A stretch of DNA of 64,000 bases from Lentimicrobium sp. (GCA_035298745.1 DATGXS010000046.1:4317-68316); one strand, 5' to 3'; shown: positions 1 to 10,628, numbered from the stretch's first letter. Translations and numbers: made by a program. The notes: a model not told the origin generated them from the sequence alone.

Positions 1-101
1 TTGAGCATGTTATGCCTAAATTTTAGGCATCCAACCATTACAAAACTGCGACTTTATAGCTTAGAATTATTTCGGAGATCTAAGCTGAGAGCTAAGCTGG
101 A

Positions 102-1028
102 CTATAATTTAATGACCTTTCTTGGCGAAACGGTTGAGTTAATATTAAATACCAGAATATATAGTCCTTTTGGAAGATGACTCATAGGAATGAAAGACTT
201 TTTCTGAGTTAACTCCTTTTGAAATAAAGTTTTTCCCTCGGGTGTCATAAGTTTTACAGTGCAATTACCTGAAATATCCTGCAGCTCAATAAAAGTATTA
301 TCTATTACAGGATTTGGGAAAACGCTGATATTATCATCGTAAGGGATTTTTTTTATGCCTACTCCTCTTTCATAAGTGCAGCTATCCGCAATACCCGTAG
401 AATAGAAACCGATCTGGTTATCTTCATAACATCTCAGCTGACAGACCATCGGCATGTCGGCACCACAAGTCATTTGTGGAAACATAAAATCAAGCGATCC
501 GATCTTTTGTAAAATCTTAGTTTCATCATACGAATAGCAGTTATTAAATCCCCATTCAGGTTCAGGGGTATTTACCATTAGATATTTTAGATTAACACCA
601 TTTATTGTTTCATATCCAATGCTGTCGACCACTACATTTGTTATTGAATCATCACATTGCCAAATAGCAGAGGGGCTAAATGCTTCCCATGAATTACCTG
701 CCTCAGCATTAAAATCATAGAGTAACCTGAAATTAGAACCATCAAAAAGCCACACAATATCATTGCTCTCGTATGTATAATAGGTTGTATTGTATTCAAA
801 CTGAGGCCCAACTCCCGGCCCCTTGAAGTCAAGTTTTCTGCACGATATACCCTGAATTGTTGTATCACCGGTTGATGTCATAGTAACATAACTCTCATAT
901 TCACCCCAGCCCCCGTGATAATCATAATACCAAACTGCCCCAACCGGAGCCCATTCAGTTTGAGCAATGGCATTAATAGAGAATGTGGCCAAGGTAAAAA
1001 CAGAGAGAATTTGTAGAAGTGTTTTCAT
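102..1028 (-). CDS. T9SS type-A C-terminal sorting domain protein, function unknown
   Basis: Signal peptide (MKTLLQILSVFTLATFSINAIAQ). C-terminal ~75 aa begins SVFPNPV and ends YILVFNINSTVSPRKVIKL, typical of a Por secretion CTD. Confidence 0.8.
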   Translation of the reverse strand: MKTLLQILSVFTLATFSINAIAQTEWAPVGAVWYYDYHGGWGEYESYVTMTSTGDTTIQGISCRKLDFKGPGVGPQFEYNTTYYTYESNDIVWLFDGSNFRLLYDFNAEAGNSWEAFSPSAIWQCDDSITNVVVDSIGYETINGVNLKYLMVNTPEPEWGFNNCYSYDETKILQKIGSLDFMFPQMTCGADMPMVCQLRCYEDNQIGFYSTGIADSCTYERGVGIKKIPYDDNISVFPNPVIDNTFIELQDISGNCTVKLMTPEGKTLFQKELTQKKSFIPMSHLPKGLYILVFNINSTVSPRKVIKL

Positions 1029-1117
1029 GTTGTGTGAATTAATACGCTAATATATGAAATTATATTGACGATTAATACGCTTAATCATTACTAAATAAAA
1101 AAAATAATTAGATACAA

Positions 1118-1711
1118 TTACTCTCCAACAGTACCCGTCTCCACCTTACCACTCCTCTTGTAATTTGCAAAAATCACTCCTTTAGGCGTAATGGCACTTT
1201 CAGTCAGGGTGAATGCAGCTGGAATGGCTCCTGTAGTAAAAAGCCTTTTGCCTTCACCAAGTGTTAACGGATGAAATTTTAGCCAGAGCTCATCTACCAG
1301 ATCATGTTTGAGGAGCAATTGTATGAGTTCTCCACTGCCATGCACCTGAAGGTCACGACCATCAGAATTTTTGAGATTTTTTATGTCTTCCACATCTTTA
1401 AGGAAGATCGTGTTTTGCCAGTCAGATTTATTGAGAGTGTTTGAAAGGACATACTTTGTGATTTCATTTACTCCGGGCCAGTAATCAGCATGTTGTGGCC
1501 AGTAACCGGCAAAGATGTCGAAGGTTTTTCGGCCTAACAACAGGTCCGCCGGATACATCTGTTTTTCCATTAGTTTACCTGCTTCCTCATCAAAATAGGG
1601 TGCCGACCATCCACCATAATTAAATCCGCTTGAAGTATCTTCCTCAGGACCCCCCGGTGCCTGCATCACACCATCAAGTGTAATGAATGACAGAACGATT
1701 AATTTTCTCAT
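1118..1711 (-). CDS. Dihydrofolate reductase / RibD C-terminal family protein
   Basis: MRKLIVLSFITLDGVMQAPGG, LLLGRKTF, VHGSGELIQ and LGEGKRLF motifs. Start set at the second Met; the ORF track starts at 1738. Confidence 0.85.
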   Translation of the reverse strand: MRKLIVLSFITLDGVMQAPGGPEEDTSSGFNYGGWSAPYFDEEAGKLMEKQMYPADLLLGRKTFDIFAGYWPQHADYWPGVNEITKYVLSNTLNKSDWQNTIFLKDVEDIKNLKNSDGRDLQVHGSGELIQLLLKHDLVDELWLKFHPLTLGEGKRLFTTGAIPAAFTLTESAITPKGVIFANYKRSGKVETGTVGE

Positions 1712-1770
1712 GTTTCTTCTTTTAAAAACAATGAACAAACATGAAGCAAAAAAAGGTCATTTAAATTGAC

Positions 1771-1800
1771 AAAAAATCCCGCCCTGATTGGGCGGGACTT
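1771..1800 (-). terminator. Intrinsic terminator downstream of purC
   Basis: Stem TCCCGCCC (1777-1784) / GGGCGGGA (1790-1797), 5-nt loop, followed by T6 on the minus strand. Confidence 0.8.
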
Positions 1801-1890
1801 TGAACATTGAACATTAAACCTTGAAGAATTATAAGCCAAAACTTTGAACTTTGAACAATTTTTTCAATCTCAAATTTCAAATGATTCAAC
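1798..1890. repeat. Degenerate 7-bp tandem repeats in two opposed blocks
   Basis: CTTTGAA CATTGAA CATTAAA CCTTGAA (1798-1825) and CTTTGAA CTTTGAA (1842-1855), then reverse-type units TTCAATC TCAAATT TCAAATG ATTCAAC (1863-1890). Confidence 0.65.
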
Positions 1891-2841
1891 CTACCTATAA
1901 TAAGCAGTCAAAAACCCCATAATATTTTCCTCAACGCGTTTAATCACATTGCTGATATCGGCTCTTTGAAACTCATCACCGGTAATATTTTCGTACAACT
2001 CAATATATCTTTCAGATACCTGTGTAACGAAATCATCGGGCATTTCGGGGACAGTTTGACCCTCTTTGCCCTGAAAGTTATTGGCAATTAGCCACTCACG
2101 AACAAATTCCTTTGATAATTGCTTCTGGGCTTCTCCTCTATTTTGCCTGTCCTGGTATCCATCAAGATAAAAGTAACGTGATGAGTCGGGGGTGTGAATT
2201 TCATCAATAAGATAAATGTCGTTGCCGTCCTTACCAAATTCATACTTTGTATCGACGAGTATGAGACCTTTTTCAGCAGCTATTTCAGTTCCGCGCTGAA
2301 AGATACGGCGGGTATAATCTTCAAGCTTTTTGTAATCATCCTCACTCACAAGTCCTGAGCTGATAATCTCCTCGCGCGAAATATCTTCATCATGCCCAAC
2401 CATTGCCTTTGTTGTAGGTGTGATGATAGGTTCCGGAAATTTATCATTTTCCTTCATTCCATCGGGCATAGCAATTCCGCAAAGGGTTCGTTTGCCACTT
2501 TTGTATTCTCGCCATGCATGGCCTGAAAGATAACCCCTGATTACCATTTCAACTTTGAAAGGCTCACATAATCTACCCACTGTAACCATAGGATCAGGAG
2601 TGGCTATTTTCCAGTTTGGAACAATGTCGCTGGTGAGGTCAAGAAACTTCGATGCAATCTGATTTAATACCTGTCCTTTATAAGGGATTCCTTTTGGCAA
2701 TACAACATCAAAGGCCGAAATACGGTCAGTTGTTACCATGATAAGCAATTCGTCCTTAATATGATATACATCACGGACTTTGCCAACATAAAGATGTGTC
2801 TGTCCGGGCAGACTGAAGTTGGTTTTGGTTACAGCGTTCAT
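1891..2841 (-). CDS. purC: Phosphoribosylaminoimidazole-succinocarboxamide synthase
   Basis: [37 protein letters not shown] and [14 protein letters not shown] synthetase motifs. Confidence 0.95.
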   Translation of the reverse strand: MNAVTKTNFSLPGQTHLYVGKVRDVYHIKDELLIMVTTDRISAFDVVLPKGIPYKGQVLNQIASKFLDLTSDIVPNWKIATPDPMVTVGRLCEPFKVEMVIRGYLSGHAWREYKSGKRTLCGIAMPDGMKENDKFPEPIITPTTKAMVGHDEDISREEIISSGLVSEDDYKKLEDYTRRIFQRGTEIAAEKGLILVDTKYEFGKDGNDIYLIDEIHTPDSSRYFYLDGYQDRQNRGEAQKQLSKEFVREWLIANNFQGKEGQTVPEMPDDFVTQVSERYIELYENITGDEFQRADISNVIKRVEENIMGFLTAYYR

Positions 2842-2861
2842 ATGTTTGGTTAAATTAATAA

Positions 2862-4562
2862 TTACTTAAGCCAGAAAAATCCGTATGGAGGCAGTGTGAT
2901 GGGGAAATTAACAGTATTCCCTGTTATTAAGTCATGCATATCACTCCTTGAAAAATCACCGGATTCTATAACAATTTCCTCGTCGGAAAGGTTGTTGATT
3001 ATGGTAATTTCTGATCCGTTAAACGTTCTCTTATAGGCAAGTAGTTTCCTGTCGCCCTTTTCTGATGGTGATAACCACTGAAGATCGCCGTGACAGAATT
3101 CTTTGTGTTGCGAACGTATTTTCAACTGATGCCTTGTTGATTTAAATACCAATGATGAAAGTGACTGAGGGTCTTCCAACTGCCGGCTGATATAGTCCCA
3201 ATCGAGATACCCCCTGTTGAGGTACCTCGAATCAGTTTTACCTGTTTTCTTGCGATACATTTCAAAAAACTCCTCATCATTGAGCCGTGCAAACTCATCA
3301 CCATAGTATATAATTGGAGTTCCGGGAAGGGTTAGCATGAGACTATATGCAAGTGCAATTTGCCTGGAATCACGACGAAGCAGTTCGGCCAGTCTACCGG
3401 CTACTCCCTCTCCTACCCTGAAATCCCAGGCGGGTTTTAAACAATAGTGTCCATGTATAATTGCCCTGTCTTCAGGTGTAACCATTTCAAGTGTTAGTTC
3501 ATCATGCAAACGGAGGAAAATAAACCATTGATTATCTGCACCAATTGCTGGAGTGATATCAGGTTGCAGAATATCTTCTACTGGTTTTGGACTTTGAACT
3601 GCAAGTGATTTGAAAATCATTGGCATTAGCGGGAAATGATATCCTGCGTGGCATTCGTCATTATCGCCAAAGTACTTGACAACTTCTTTTGGTGGCTGAC
3701 AAGCTTCGGCAAGTAACAAGGTATTTGGCCTGATATAGTCAAGAACTGCCCTGAAAATTTTTAAGATCGCATGTGTTTGTGGAAGATTTTCACAATCAGT
3801 TCCATCTTCTTTCCATAAATATGGAATTGCATCAGCCCTAAATCCGTCAAGCCCCTGATTTAGCCAGAAAAGCAGGATTTCAACAACATCAGTCAGAACA
3901 TCTGGATTCCGGTAATTCAAATCAGGCTGAAATTCAAAGAAGCGGTGAAAGAAATACCATTCACCATTTTTTTCCCAATTGCTTGGAACCATCCCCTTGA
4001 ATAGTAGTCGTGTTTCTTTGTAAAGGTTTGTGTCCTTATTCCAAATATAATAATCACGGTAAGGATTACCCGGACCTTTACGTGACTCAACAAACCATGG
4101 ATGCTCTTCGCTGGTATGGTTCATGGCAATATCAAATATTACCCTGATTCCATGATTGTGAGCATTATCGAGAAAGTTTCTGAAAGCAGCTTGTTTAACT
4201 TCCTCAGGTGTTTCAGCAGGCATTCCAAAAAGTTCAGGTCTTATATTCCTGTAATCCTTAATATCAAAACCCGCATCACGCATTGGGGAGTCGAGTATAG
4301 GCAACAACCACAAACAAGTAACGCCAAGATCCTGCAGGTGATCAAGCTTTTGGTTTAGACCGTCGAAAGTATGGTTAAAAAGATCTACATAGAGTGAATA
4401 AACCACAGCATCCTTGTACCAGTTTTTAGGCTGGGCACCAAGTTTAAAGTCACCCTTTGCCTTTTCCACCAACTCAAGAAAAGTCAGCAGTTTACTGTTT
4501 TCTGAAGGTGGATACAATTTATTCCATTCCTGCGTTATCTTATCTTTAACTTCCTTGTTCAT
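2862..4562 (-). CDS. treS: GH13 trehalose synthase-like (maltose alpha-D-glucosyltransferase)
   Basis: [27 protein letters not shown] (nucleophile), LAEACQ (acid/base) and [14 protein letters not shown], matching Tre[15 protein letters not shown]. No maltokinase fusion. Confidence 0.75.
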   Translation of the reverse strand: MNKEVKDKITQEWNKLYPPSENSKLLTFLELVEKAKGDFKLGAQPKNWYKDAVVYSLYVDLFNHTFDGLNQKLDHLQDLGVTCLWLLPILDSPMRDAGFDIKDYRNIRPELFGMPAETPEEVKQAAFRNFLDNAHNHGIRVIFDIAMNHTSEEHPWFVESRKGPGNPYRDYYIWNKDTNLYKETRLLFKGMVPSNWEKNGEWYFFHRFFEFQPDLNYRNPDVLTDVVEILLFWLNQGLDGFRADAIPYLWKEDGTDCENLPQTHAILKIFRAVLDYIRPNTLLLAEACQPPKEVVKYFGDNDECHAGYHFPLMPMIFKSLAVQSPKPVEDILQPDITPAIGADNQWFIFLRLHDELTLEMVTPEDRAIIHGHYCLKPAWDFRVGEGVAGRLAELLRRDSRQIALAYSLMLTLPGTPIIYYGDEFARLNDEEFFEMYRKKTGKTDSRYLNRGYLDWDYISRQLEDPQSLSSLVFKSTRHQLKIRSQHKEFCHGDLQWLSPSEKGDRKLLAYKRTFNGSEITIINNLSDEEIVIESGDFSRSDMHDLITGNTVNFPITLPPYGFFWLK

Positions 4563-4602
4563 AGTTAATTACAAAATATAATTGATTACCTGTCACTTTG
4601 TG

Positions 4603-4610
4603 CAAATTTA
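4603..4610 (-). promoter_or_regulatory. Bacteroidota sigma70 -7 element (TAAATTTG) upstream of treS-purC
   Basis: Exact match to TAnnTTTG about 40 bp upstream of the start codon, in the correct orientation. Confidence 0.55.
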
Positions 4611-4719
4611 ATTTTAAAAACGATGCTGTTATAGTTCATTAGTTTTTTTATCTTCGTATTAAGTAGAAGGTCATTCCGCTTTACCCCATAAACTTTCAGC
4701 CAATCTTACAAGGACTAAC

Positions 4720-5940
4720 ATGCTTCAAAGGATACTGCTGACGATATTAACAATAATCACTCTTGACTCAGCCGGGCAGGTTAATACCTTTAGTCTGCCT
4801 GAGGGAAGAACCAGGTATACTGCATCATTTCAAAATTATGACAATATTGTTGTGGTTGAAATGATGTTACAGGATTCAATACCGGTAAAATTAATAGTTG
4901 ACAGTGGAATTGAAGGCATAATTATTACTGATACTACTCTTGTCAACTACTTCCAACCTTCATGCTTTAGAAAGTTTAAACTATCAGCCCCTGCTTCCAC
5001 CCGTACCCTTGATGCCTGTATTACCTCACTTATTAAGGTGAAATTTGGAGCTCTGGAACCAATATACACAAATGCAATTCTCTTGCAGGAGGATCTATTC
5101 TCACTTGAATCATTTATTGGAACTAAAGTGCATGGGTTGATTGGATTAGATAAGTTCAAGAACCTGATAGTAACAATCAATTATGACAGGAATTTTATAC
5201 GATTCACCAGGCCTTCAGCATATGAAATACCCGATAACTCTACTGTTCTGCCTATTGATATTTTAAGGGGTCGGCCATACTTAAATGCACGGGTTGAGCT
5301 TGATAACCGCGAGATAAGAGATCTGTGGCTTATGATAGATTCAGGAGCAAACCATCCACTGCTTTTGGAAACTGACTCAACTGATAAATATAAACCTACT
5401 GCATCACTTGAAGCTACAATTGGACGTGGATTGGGTGGGAATATACCCGGAGAGTTTGTAAGATCAGGCTGGTTGCTCATAGGTAACTGGCGATTGTACA
5501 ATATAATAACCTCTGTTTCGTCACAGTATATTGCCGGCAATCCTGCAAATCGCAACTTCCGTAATGGCACTCTTGGTTCAGGTGCTCTGGCAAGGTTTGA
5601 AGTGACCTTCGATTACCAGAACCGGAGGATGATTCTTAAAAAAGGAGCCAAATTTAATGATCCGTTTGAATATAATATGAGTGGCATAACTTTCGAGAGT
5701 TTGAGTACAGGATATAATATATTCAAAGTATCAGAAGTGATTTATGATTCACCAGCATTTCATGCAGGGATACATAAGGAAGATATCCTTGTAAGTGTAA
5801 ACGGTAAAGCTGCTTTTTCAATGGACCTTGGTGAATTAAATGGTCTTTTAAGCAGAAAACCCGGTACCATCATTAATCTGACCCTTAGTCGTGAGGGTGA
5901 AATAATATTCGTAAAATTTAAGCTTAAAAGGCTTATTTAG
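4720..5940 (+). CDS. Twin retropepsin-like aspartyl protease with C-terminal PDZ domain
   Basis: Signal peptide. Two D-S-G motifs (LIVDSGIE, MIDSGANH). PDZ segment SGITF...SPAFHAGIHKEDILVSVNG. Confidence 0.85.
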   Translation: MLQRILLTILTIITLDSAGQVNTFSLPEGRTRYTASFQNYDNIVVVEMMLQDSIPVKLIVDSGIEGIIITDTTLVNYFQPSCFRKFKLSAPASTRTLDACITSLIKVKFGALEPIYTNAILLQEDLFSLESFIGTKVHGLIGLDKFKNLIVTINYDRNFIRFTRPSAYEIPDNSTVLPIDILRGRPYLNARVELDNREIRDLWLMIDSGANHPLLLETDSTDKYKPTASLEATIGRGLGGNIPGEFVRSGWLLIGNWRLYNIITSVSSQYIAGNPANRNFRNGTLGSGALARFEVTFDYQNRRMILKKGAKFNDPFEYNMSGITFESLSTGYNIFKVSEVIYDSPAFHAGIHKEDILVSVNGKAAFSMDLGELNGLLSRKPGTIINLTLSREGEIIFVKFKLKRLI

Positions 5941-6050
5941 GTACTGCAACGCTTCTCTTTTACGTAAATTTGGAGTTTGCCGGCAAGCTTTTCATAAGGG
6001 AGTATAAAACAGCAACGGCAAATTTTATATACTTGATTTTCAATAGAACA

Positions 6051-7919
6051 ATGAAAAATAACCTTCAATTGAAGAAGTTAATACCTCTATTGGCAATAAT
6101 GATTTCTTGTTTTTATTGCCATTTCACATTTGCAAACAATATCAGGGTGGAACCACCATTCTGGTATGCTGGTATGAATAATCCCAATCTTCAGCTAATT
6201 GTACATGCAGATCAGGTAGGATTGACTACTCCTGAAATCGATTATAAAGGAGTTAAAATTACTACTGTTAATAAGATTGAGAATGTCAATTATCTCATCA
6301 TTGATCTTCAACTGGATAAAAATGTAAAACCTGGAAGCTTCATTATTAAATTTATTGAAAACGGTAAAAGTAAATATTCATATTCTTACGAGTTGAAGAT
6401 TCGAAAACAAGACTCAGCAGAAAGAAAAGGATTTGATGCTGGTGATGCCATATACCTGTTAATGCCTGACCGTTTTTCTAATGGTGATCCAAAAAATGAC
6501 AGTCAACCTGATATGCTGGAAAAGGCTGACCGAACAAATCCCAGTGGCCGTCATGGCGGAGATATTAAAGGTATATTAAATCACCTGGATTATATTAAAG
6601 CCCTTGGGGCAACCGCCATTTGGATAAATCCACTTCTTGAAAATAACAATAAGTCATACACATATCACGGCTATGCAATAACTGATTTTTACAAGATTGA
6701 TCCGAGATTTGGAAGTAATTCTGATTACGTAAACCTGGTTAGTTCTGCTCATTCAAAAGGATTGAAGATAATTATGGACATGGTGTTTAACCACTGTGGC
6801 ATAAACCACTGGTTTATCAATGACTTACCTTCAAAGGACTGGGTCAATCAACATAAAGAATTCACCAGGTCAAATTTCAGGGCTGAAACAATTTCTGATC
6901 CGCACAGTTCAGAATACGACCAAAATCTGATGCTCTCAGGCTGGTTCGATAATAACATGCCTGACCTAAACCAGCAAAATCCATTTGTAAGAAATTATCT
7001 CATACAGAACAGTATCTGGTGGATAGAATATGCAGGTCTTGACGGTATCAGGATGGACACACAGCCTTATTCATTCAAGGAAATGATGCCCGAGTGGACA
7101 ATGAGGATTAATGAAGAATACCCGGATTTCAAAATTGTTGGTGAAGCATGGATGCAAAAAGAAAGTATGACTGCATACTGGCAAAAAGAGTCTTTCATCA
7201 GCAGTGGTTATAATTCAGGTGTAGACTACATAACTGACTTCCCTTTATATAACGCAATCAGTAAGTCTTTCACAGAACCAGAAGGATGGTCAGAAGGTAT
7301 GGCACGCATATATTATGTGCTTGCACAGGATTTCCTTTATAAGAATCCATATAATCTGTTAATCTTTGCCGATAACCACGATTTAAACCGCTTCTTCACA
7401 TCAATAAATAAAGATATTGATGCTTACAAACTTGCAATGACTTTTCTTTTAACCACCAGAGGTATACCAATGATCTATTATGGCACTGAGTTTCTTATGG
7501 AAGGTGAAGAGGCAAAAGGACACGGATTTATCAGAAAGGATTTCCCCGGAGGATGGCAGGGTGATTCATTAAACTATTTTAATGGACAGGGATTCAGTGA
7601 TAAGCAAAAGGAAGCATTTACTTTCATTCAGAATATTCTGAAGTGGAGAATAACAAATGAAGCAGTGAAATCAGGAAAACTGACACAATACGTTCCTCAA
7701 GAAGGTGTGTATGTATATTTCAGGGAATCAGGTCAAAGCCGGATCATGGTTATTCTTAATAACAGTAACGAAACAAGGGCAATTGAGACCTCCAGGTTCA
7801 AAGAAAACCTGAGAGGTACAATTCATGGGAAGAATATTGTCAACGGTAATCCTTTTACTTTCAGGAATACAATTTTACTAGAGCCAAGACAACCATTAAT
7901 AATAGAACTTTACAACTAA
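6051..7919 (+). CDS. GH13 cyclomaltodextrinase/neopullulanase (SusA-like)
   Basis: N-terminal RVEPPFWYAGM domain, MPDRFSNGDP, HGGDIKG, GIRMDT (nucleophile), VGEAW, DNHD. Start set at Met28 of the track ORF (5970). Confidence 0.9.
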   Translation: MKNNLQLKKLIPLLAIMISCFYCHFTFANNIRVEPPFWYAGMNNPNLQLIVHADQVGLTTPEIDYKGVKITTVNKIENVNYLIIDLQLDKNVKPGSFIIKFIENGKSKYSYSYELKIRKQDSAERKGFDAGDAIYLLMPDRFSNGDPKNDSQPDMLEKADRTNPSGRHGGDIKGILNHLDYIKALGATAIWINPLLENNNKSYTYHGYAITDFYKIDPRFGSNSDYVNLVSSAHSKGLKIIMDMVFNHCGINHWFINDLPSKDWVNQHKEFTRSNFRAETISDPHSSEYDQNLMLSGWFDNNMPDLNQQNPFVRNYLIQNSIWWIEYAGLDGIRMDTQPYSFKEMMPEWTMRINEEYPDFKIVGEAWMQKESMTAYWQKESFISSGYNSGVDYITDFPLYNAISKSFTEPEGWSEGMARIYYVLAQDFLYKNPYNLLIFADNHDLNRFFTSINKDIDAYKLAMTFLLTTRGIPMIYYGTEFLMEGEEAKGHGFIRKDFPGGWQGDSLNYFNGQGFSDKQKEAFTFIQNILKWRITNEAVKSGKLTQYVPQEGVYVYFRESGQSRIMVILNNSNETRAIETSRFKENLRGTIHGKNIVNGNPFTFRNTILLEPRQPLIIELYN

Positions 7920-8737
7920 TGACTACGGCTGTCAGGAAAAAAAAGAAAAGAACAAAGCTTTCGTACCGCAAAATAGGACTTGTTGGCCTAATTTTGCTGT
8001 TAATTATTTTATTAGGTCCGCCGGCATTACGCTCATTATATACAATAGTCAGGTATGGCTTCTCAGCTACCAGTGCAGAACAACATACCAATATTGTTAA
8101 TTTTGGAATTCCATTGCCCACGGGTTATGGTATTCATGGTATTGACATTTCACACCATCAAAAAAATATAAGTTGGAAAGATGTAGCTTCTATTGATGTG
8201 AAAGGAACTAAAATTCAGTTTGCGTTTATAAAGGCAACAGAAGGTATTACCCGACAGGACCTGCATTTTAGCCTAAACTGGAAAAAAAGTAAAGAAGCAG
8301 GATTGATAAGAGGAGCATATCACTTCTACTATCCTACCAGGGACGCAGCCAAACAGGCAGAGAATTTCATTAATCAGGTTAAGCTTGAAGCCGGTGACTT
8401 GCCTCCGGTATTGGATATAGAAGTGTCAAAAGGAAAATCAAAGGCTGAAATTGTGAAAGGTTGTCAGACCTGGTGTGATGCAATTGAGAAGCATTATGGA
8501 GTGAAACCTATTATCTATACCAATCCGCATTTCTATGAGAAATACCTGATTGACGATTTCGATGATTATCCGTTATGGGTAGCCCATTACTATCAGGATA
8601 TTCCCAGGATTGAGCACCGTGACTGGCTTTTCTGGCAACATTCAGATTGTGCAGTTATTAAAGGGATTGATAAACCTGTAGATCTCAATGTGTTCAATGG
8701 TGATATCAAAGATTTACAGCAAATGTGTATTGAGTGA
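7919..8737 (+). CDS. GH25 muramidase (lysozyme) with N-terminal membrane anchor
   Basis: GIDISHHQ, FIKATEG, GAYHF and PPVLDIE motifs. ATG overlaps the upstream TAA stop (TAATG coupling). Confidence 0.9.
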   Translation: MTTAVRKKKKRTKLSYRKIGLVGLILLLIILLGPPALRSLYTIVRYGFSATSAEQHTNIVNFGIPLPTGYGIHGIDISHHQKNISWKDVASIDVKGTKIQFAFIKATEGITRQDLHFSLNWKKSKEAGLIRGAYHFYYPTRDAAKQAENFINQVKLEAGDLPPVLDIEVSKGKSKAEIVKGCQTWCDAIEKHYGVKPIIYTNPHFYEKYLIDDFDDYPLWVAHYYQDIPRIEHRDWLFWQHSDCAVIKGIDKPVDLNVFNGDIKDLQQMCIE

Positions 8738-8845
8738 GAAATGTTACTGTTTTTTGTCTCTGGTAAGCTGACTTCAGTTTACAGTCCTTAATTGAGGTGA
8801 CGGTTTTTATTGAATGTGCATGATTTAACAATTAAAACTAACAAT

Positions 8846-9352
8846 ATGGAAACTGAAACACTTAAAACACCTGATCCTGTCAAGGAAACAGGATGCTGTC
8901 CGCCATTTGACCCAACACCATGGCACGATAGAATGCTGACCTGGGACAATAAAATGTTTATTAAGGATAGTGTAAAGACCTTTTACTATATGCCGATGAA
9001 CTTCGCAAAAGTAATGCGTCGTTTAAGCCATAAAGTTGAGACTTCAGGAGCTGACGTGCCTGATTGGCTTTGTTTATCAGATCATACCAGCAAGTGGAAT
9101 ATGGATGTTTACCTCGAAGTAGACAAAGAAGTTCCCGATGCACATAATATTAATCTTAGCGGAACCTTTTACTGCAGGGTTTATGAAGGTCCTTTCAAAG
9201 ACACCGGCAAATGGGAGCAGGACTATAAAAAAGCGGTTTCAGAAAAAGGTCTAAAAACCGGAAAACTTTACATGTGGTACACAACCTGCCCGAAATGCGC
9301 AAAAGCATATGGGAAAAATTATACCGTTTTTGTAGGAGAGGTGTTGGTTTAA
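8846..9352 (+). CDS. Conserved small protein with GCCP and CPKC motifs (often annotated 'hydrolase'), function unknown
   Basis: ETGCCPPFDPTPW...WYTTCPKCAKAYGKNY recalled as a widespread anaerobe family. Start set at Met13 of the track ORF. Confidence 0.65.
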   Translation: METETLKTPDPVKETGCCPPFDPTPWHDRMLTWDNKMFIKDSVKTFYYMPMNFAKVMRRLSHKVETSGADVPDWLCLSDHTSKWNMDVYLEVDKEVPDAHNINLSGTFYCRVYEGPFKDTGKWEQDYKKAVSEKGLKTGKLYMWYTTCPKCAKAYGKNYTVFVGEVLV

Positions 9353-9372
9353 ACCACCTGAGGCAATATATT

Positions 9373-10542
9373 TTATTTGTGATTCAAGGAAAGCCTAATA
9401 TTATCGAGTGCTTGTTGAAGTACTGAACGGGGACAGGCAACATTAATTCTCATAAACTGCTCCCCACCTTTGCCAAACTGTGCACCGGGATTTAATCCGA
9501 GTTTGGCTTTCTCAATGAAGAACCTGTTTAATTCTTTATCAGTCATCTTCATTGGTGAACAGTCGAGCCAAGCCATATAGGTAGCCTCAGGTCTTATCAT
9601 TTTTATCATAGGAAGGTTTTGCTTAAAATAATTTTCAGCAAAATTCAGGTTACCGTTTATGTAGTCCAAGAGTTGCTTAAGCCATTCATCTCCATGAGTA
9701 TAAGCAGCAATAGAAGCTATATTTCCAAATACATTTCCCATATCAACATGCAGTCCCTGCACTAATGCGTTGTACTTTTTCCTTAATGCATTATTAGAAA
9801 TGATGACAGATGCTGTAGATAAAGCAGCCAGGTTAAAAGTCTTGCTTGGAGCCATCATGGTGATGGTTTGTCCGGCAATTTTATTTCCCAATGAAGCAAG
9901 AACCGTATGATGATACCCGGTATTTACCAAATCGCAGTGGATTTCATCTGATACCATAAGCACCTTATACTTCAAACAAATATTTGCCAATTTCAGTAAT
10001 TCATCCTTTGTCCATACACTTCCACCGGGATTATGAGGATTACTGATCAGTATCATCGAAGCTCCTTTCTTGCAATGCTTTTCGAGATCTTCAAAATCCA
10101 TGGTATACCTTCCATTCTCAAGCTTTAGTACATTTTGACACATCACCCTGCCGTTACCCTTTATTGCACCGAAAAACGGGAAGTAAACAGGTGGCTGTAC
10201 AATAATCCGGTCGCCTGGTTTAGTTAGTGCAAGCACACAAAAATTCAATGCTGGTACTATTCCGGGCGAGAAACATACCCAATCTTTATTGACTTCCCAA
10301 TTGTGATGCCGTAAAATCCAGGAAGTCACTGCATCAAAATATTCATGTGTTCTTATAGTATAGCCGAGTATAGGGTGCTCAGTTCTTTTTCTGATAGCAT
10401 CCATTATGAAATCGGGAGTTCTGAAATCCATATCAGCCACCCACATTGGTATTACCTCTTCACTTCCAAAAAAGACCTTCCTTAGGTCGTATTTCACACA
10501 TGCCGTATTAGTGCGGTTGGTTACTTCGTCGAAATTGTACAT
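9373..10542 (-). CDS. patB: MalY/PatB-family PLP-dependent cystathionine beta-lyase
   Basis: PMWVADMDF, SNPHNPGG, SDEIHCD and APSKTFNLA motifs. Start set at MYNFDE, consistent with the promoter at 10558-10565. Confidence 0.9.
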   Translation of the reverse strand: MYNFDEVTNRTNTACVKYDLRKVFFGSEEVIPMWVADMDFRTPDFIMDAIRKRTEHPILGYTIRTHEYFDAVTSWILRHHNWEVNKDWVCFSPGIVPALNFCVLALTKPGDRIIVQPPVYFPFFGAIKGNGRVMCQNVLKLENGRYTMDFEDLEKHCKKGASMILISNPHNPGGSVWTKDELLKLANICLKYKVLMVSDEIHCDLVNTGYHHTVLASLGNKIAGQTITMMAPSKTFNLAALSTASVIISNNALRKKYNALVQGLHVDMGNVFGNIASIAAYTHGDEWLKQLLDYINGNLNFAENYFKQNLPMIKMIRPEATYMAWLDCSPMKMTDKELNRFFIEKAKLGLNPGAQFGKGGEQFMRINVACPRSVLQQALDNIRLSLNHK

Positions 10543-10557
10543 TAAATGATTTTTTTG

Positions 10558-10565
10558 CAAAAGTA
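10558..10565 (-). promoter_or_regulatory. -7 element (TACTTTTG) for patB
   Basis: TAnnTTTG match 15 bp upstream of the ATG at 10542. Confidence 0.55.
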
Positions 10566-10584
10566 AAGATAAAGGATCAAACCG

Positions 10585-10628
10585 GTTGGGGCGGTGAAGC
10601 CAGATTTTTCTGCACTTACCGCCCCAAC
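10585..10628 (-). terminator. Long GC-rich hairpin downstream of the TonB receptor (terminator or stabiliser)
   Basis: GTTGGGGCGGT (10585-10595) / ACCGCCCCAAC (10618-10628) plus an inner CAGA/TCTG stem. The U-tract is weak. Confidence 0.5.

Noticed and set aside
12-99. Palindrome ATGCCTAAA-T-TTTAGGCAT (12-30), stem AGCTTAGA/TCTAAGCT (58-86) and direct repeat CTAAGCTG
   Set aside because: At the window edge with no upstream context. Short, no U-tract; cannot tell terminator, operator or chance apart.
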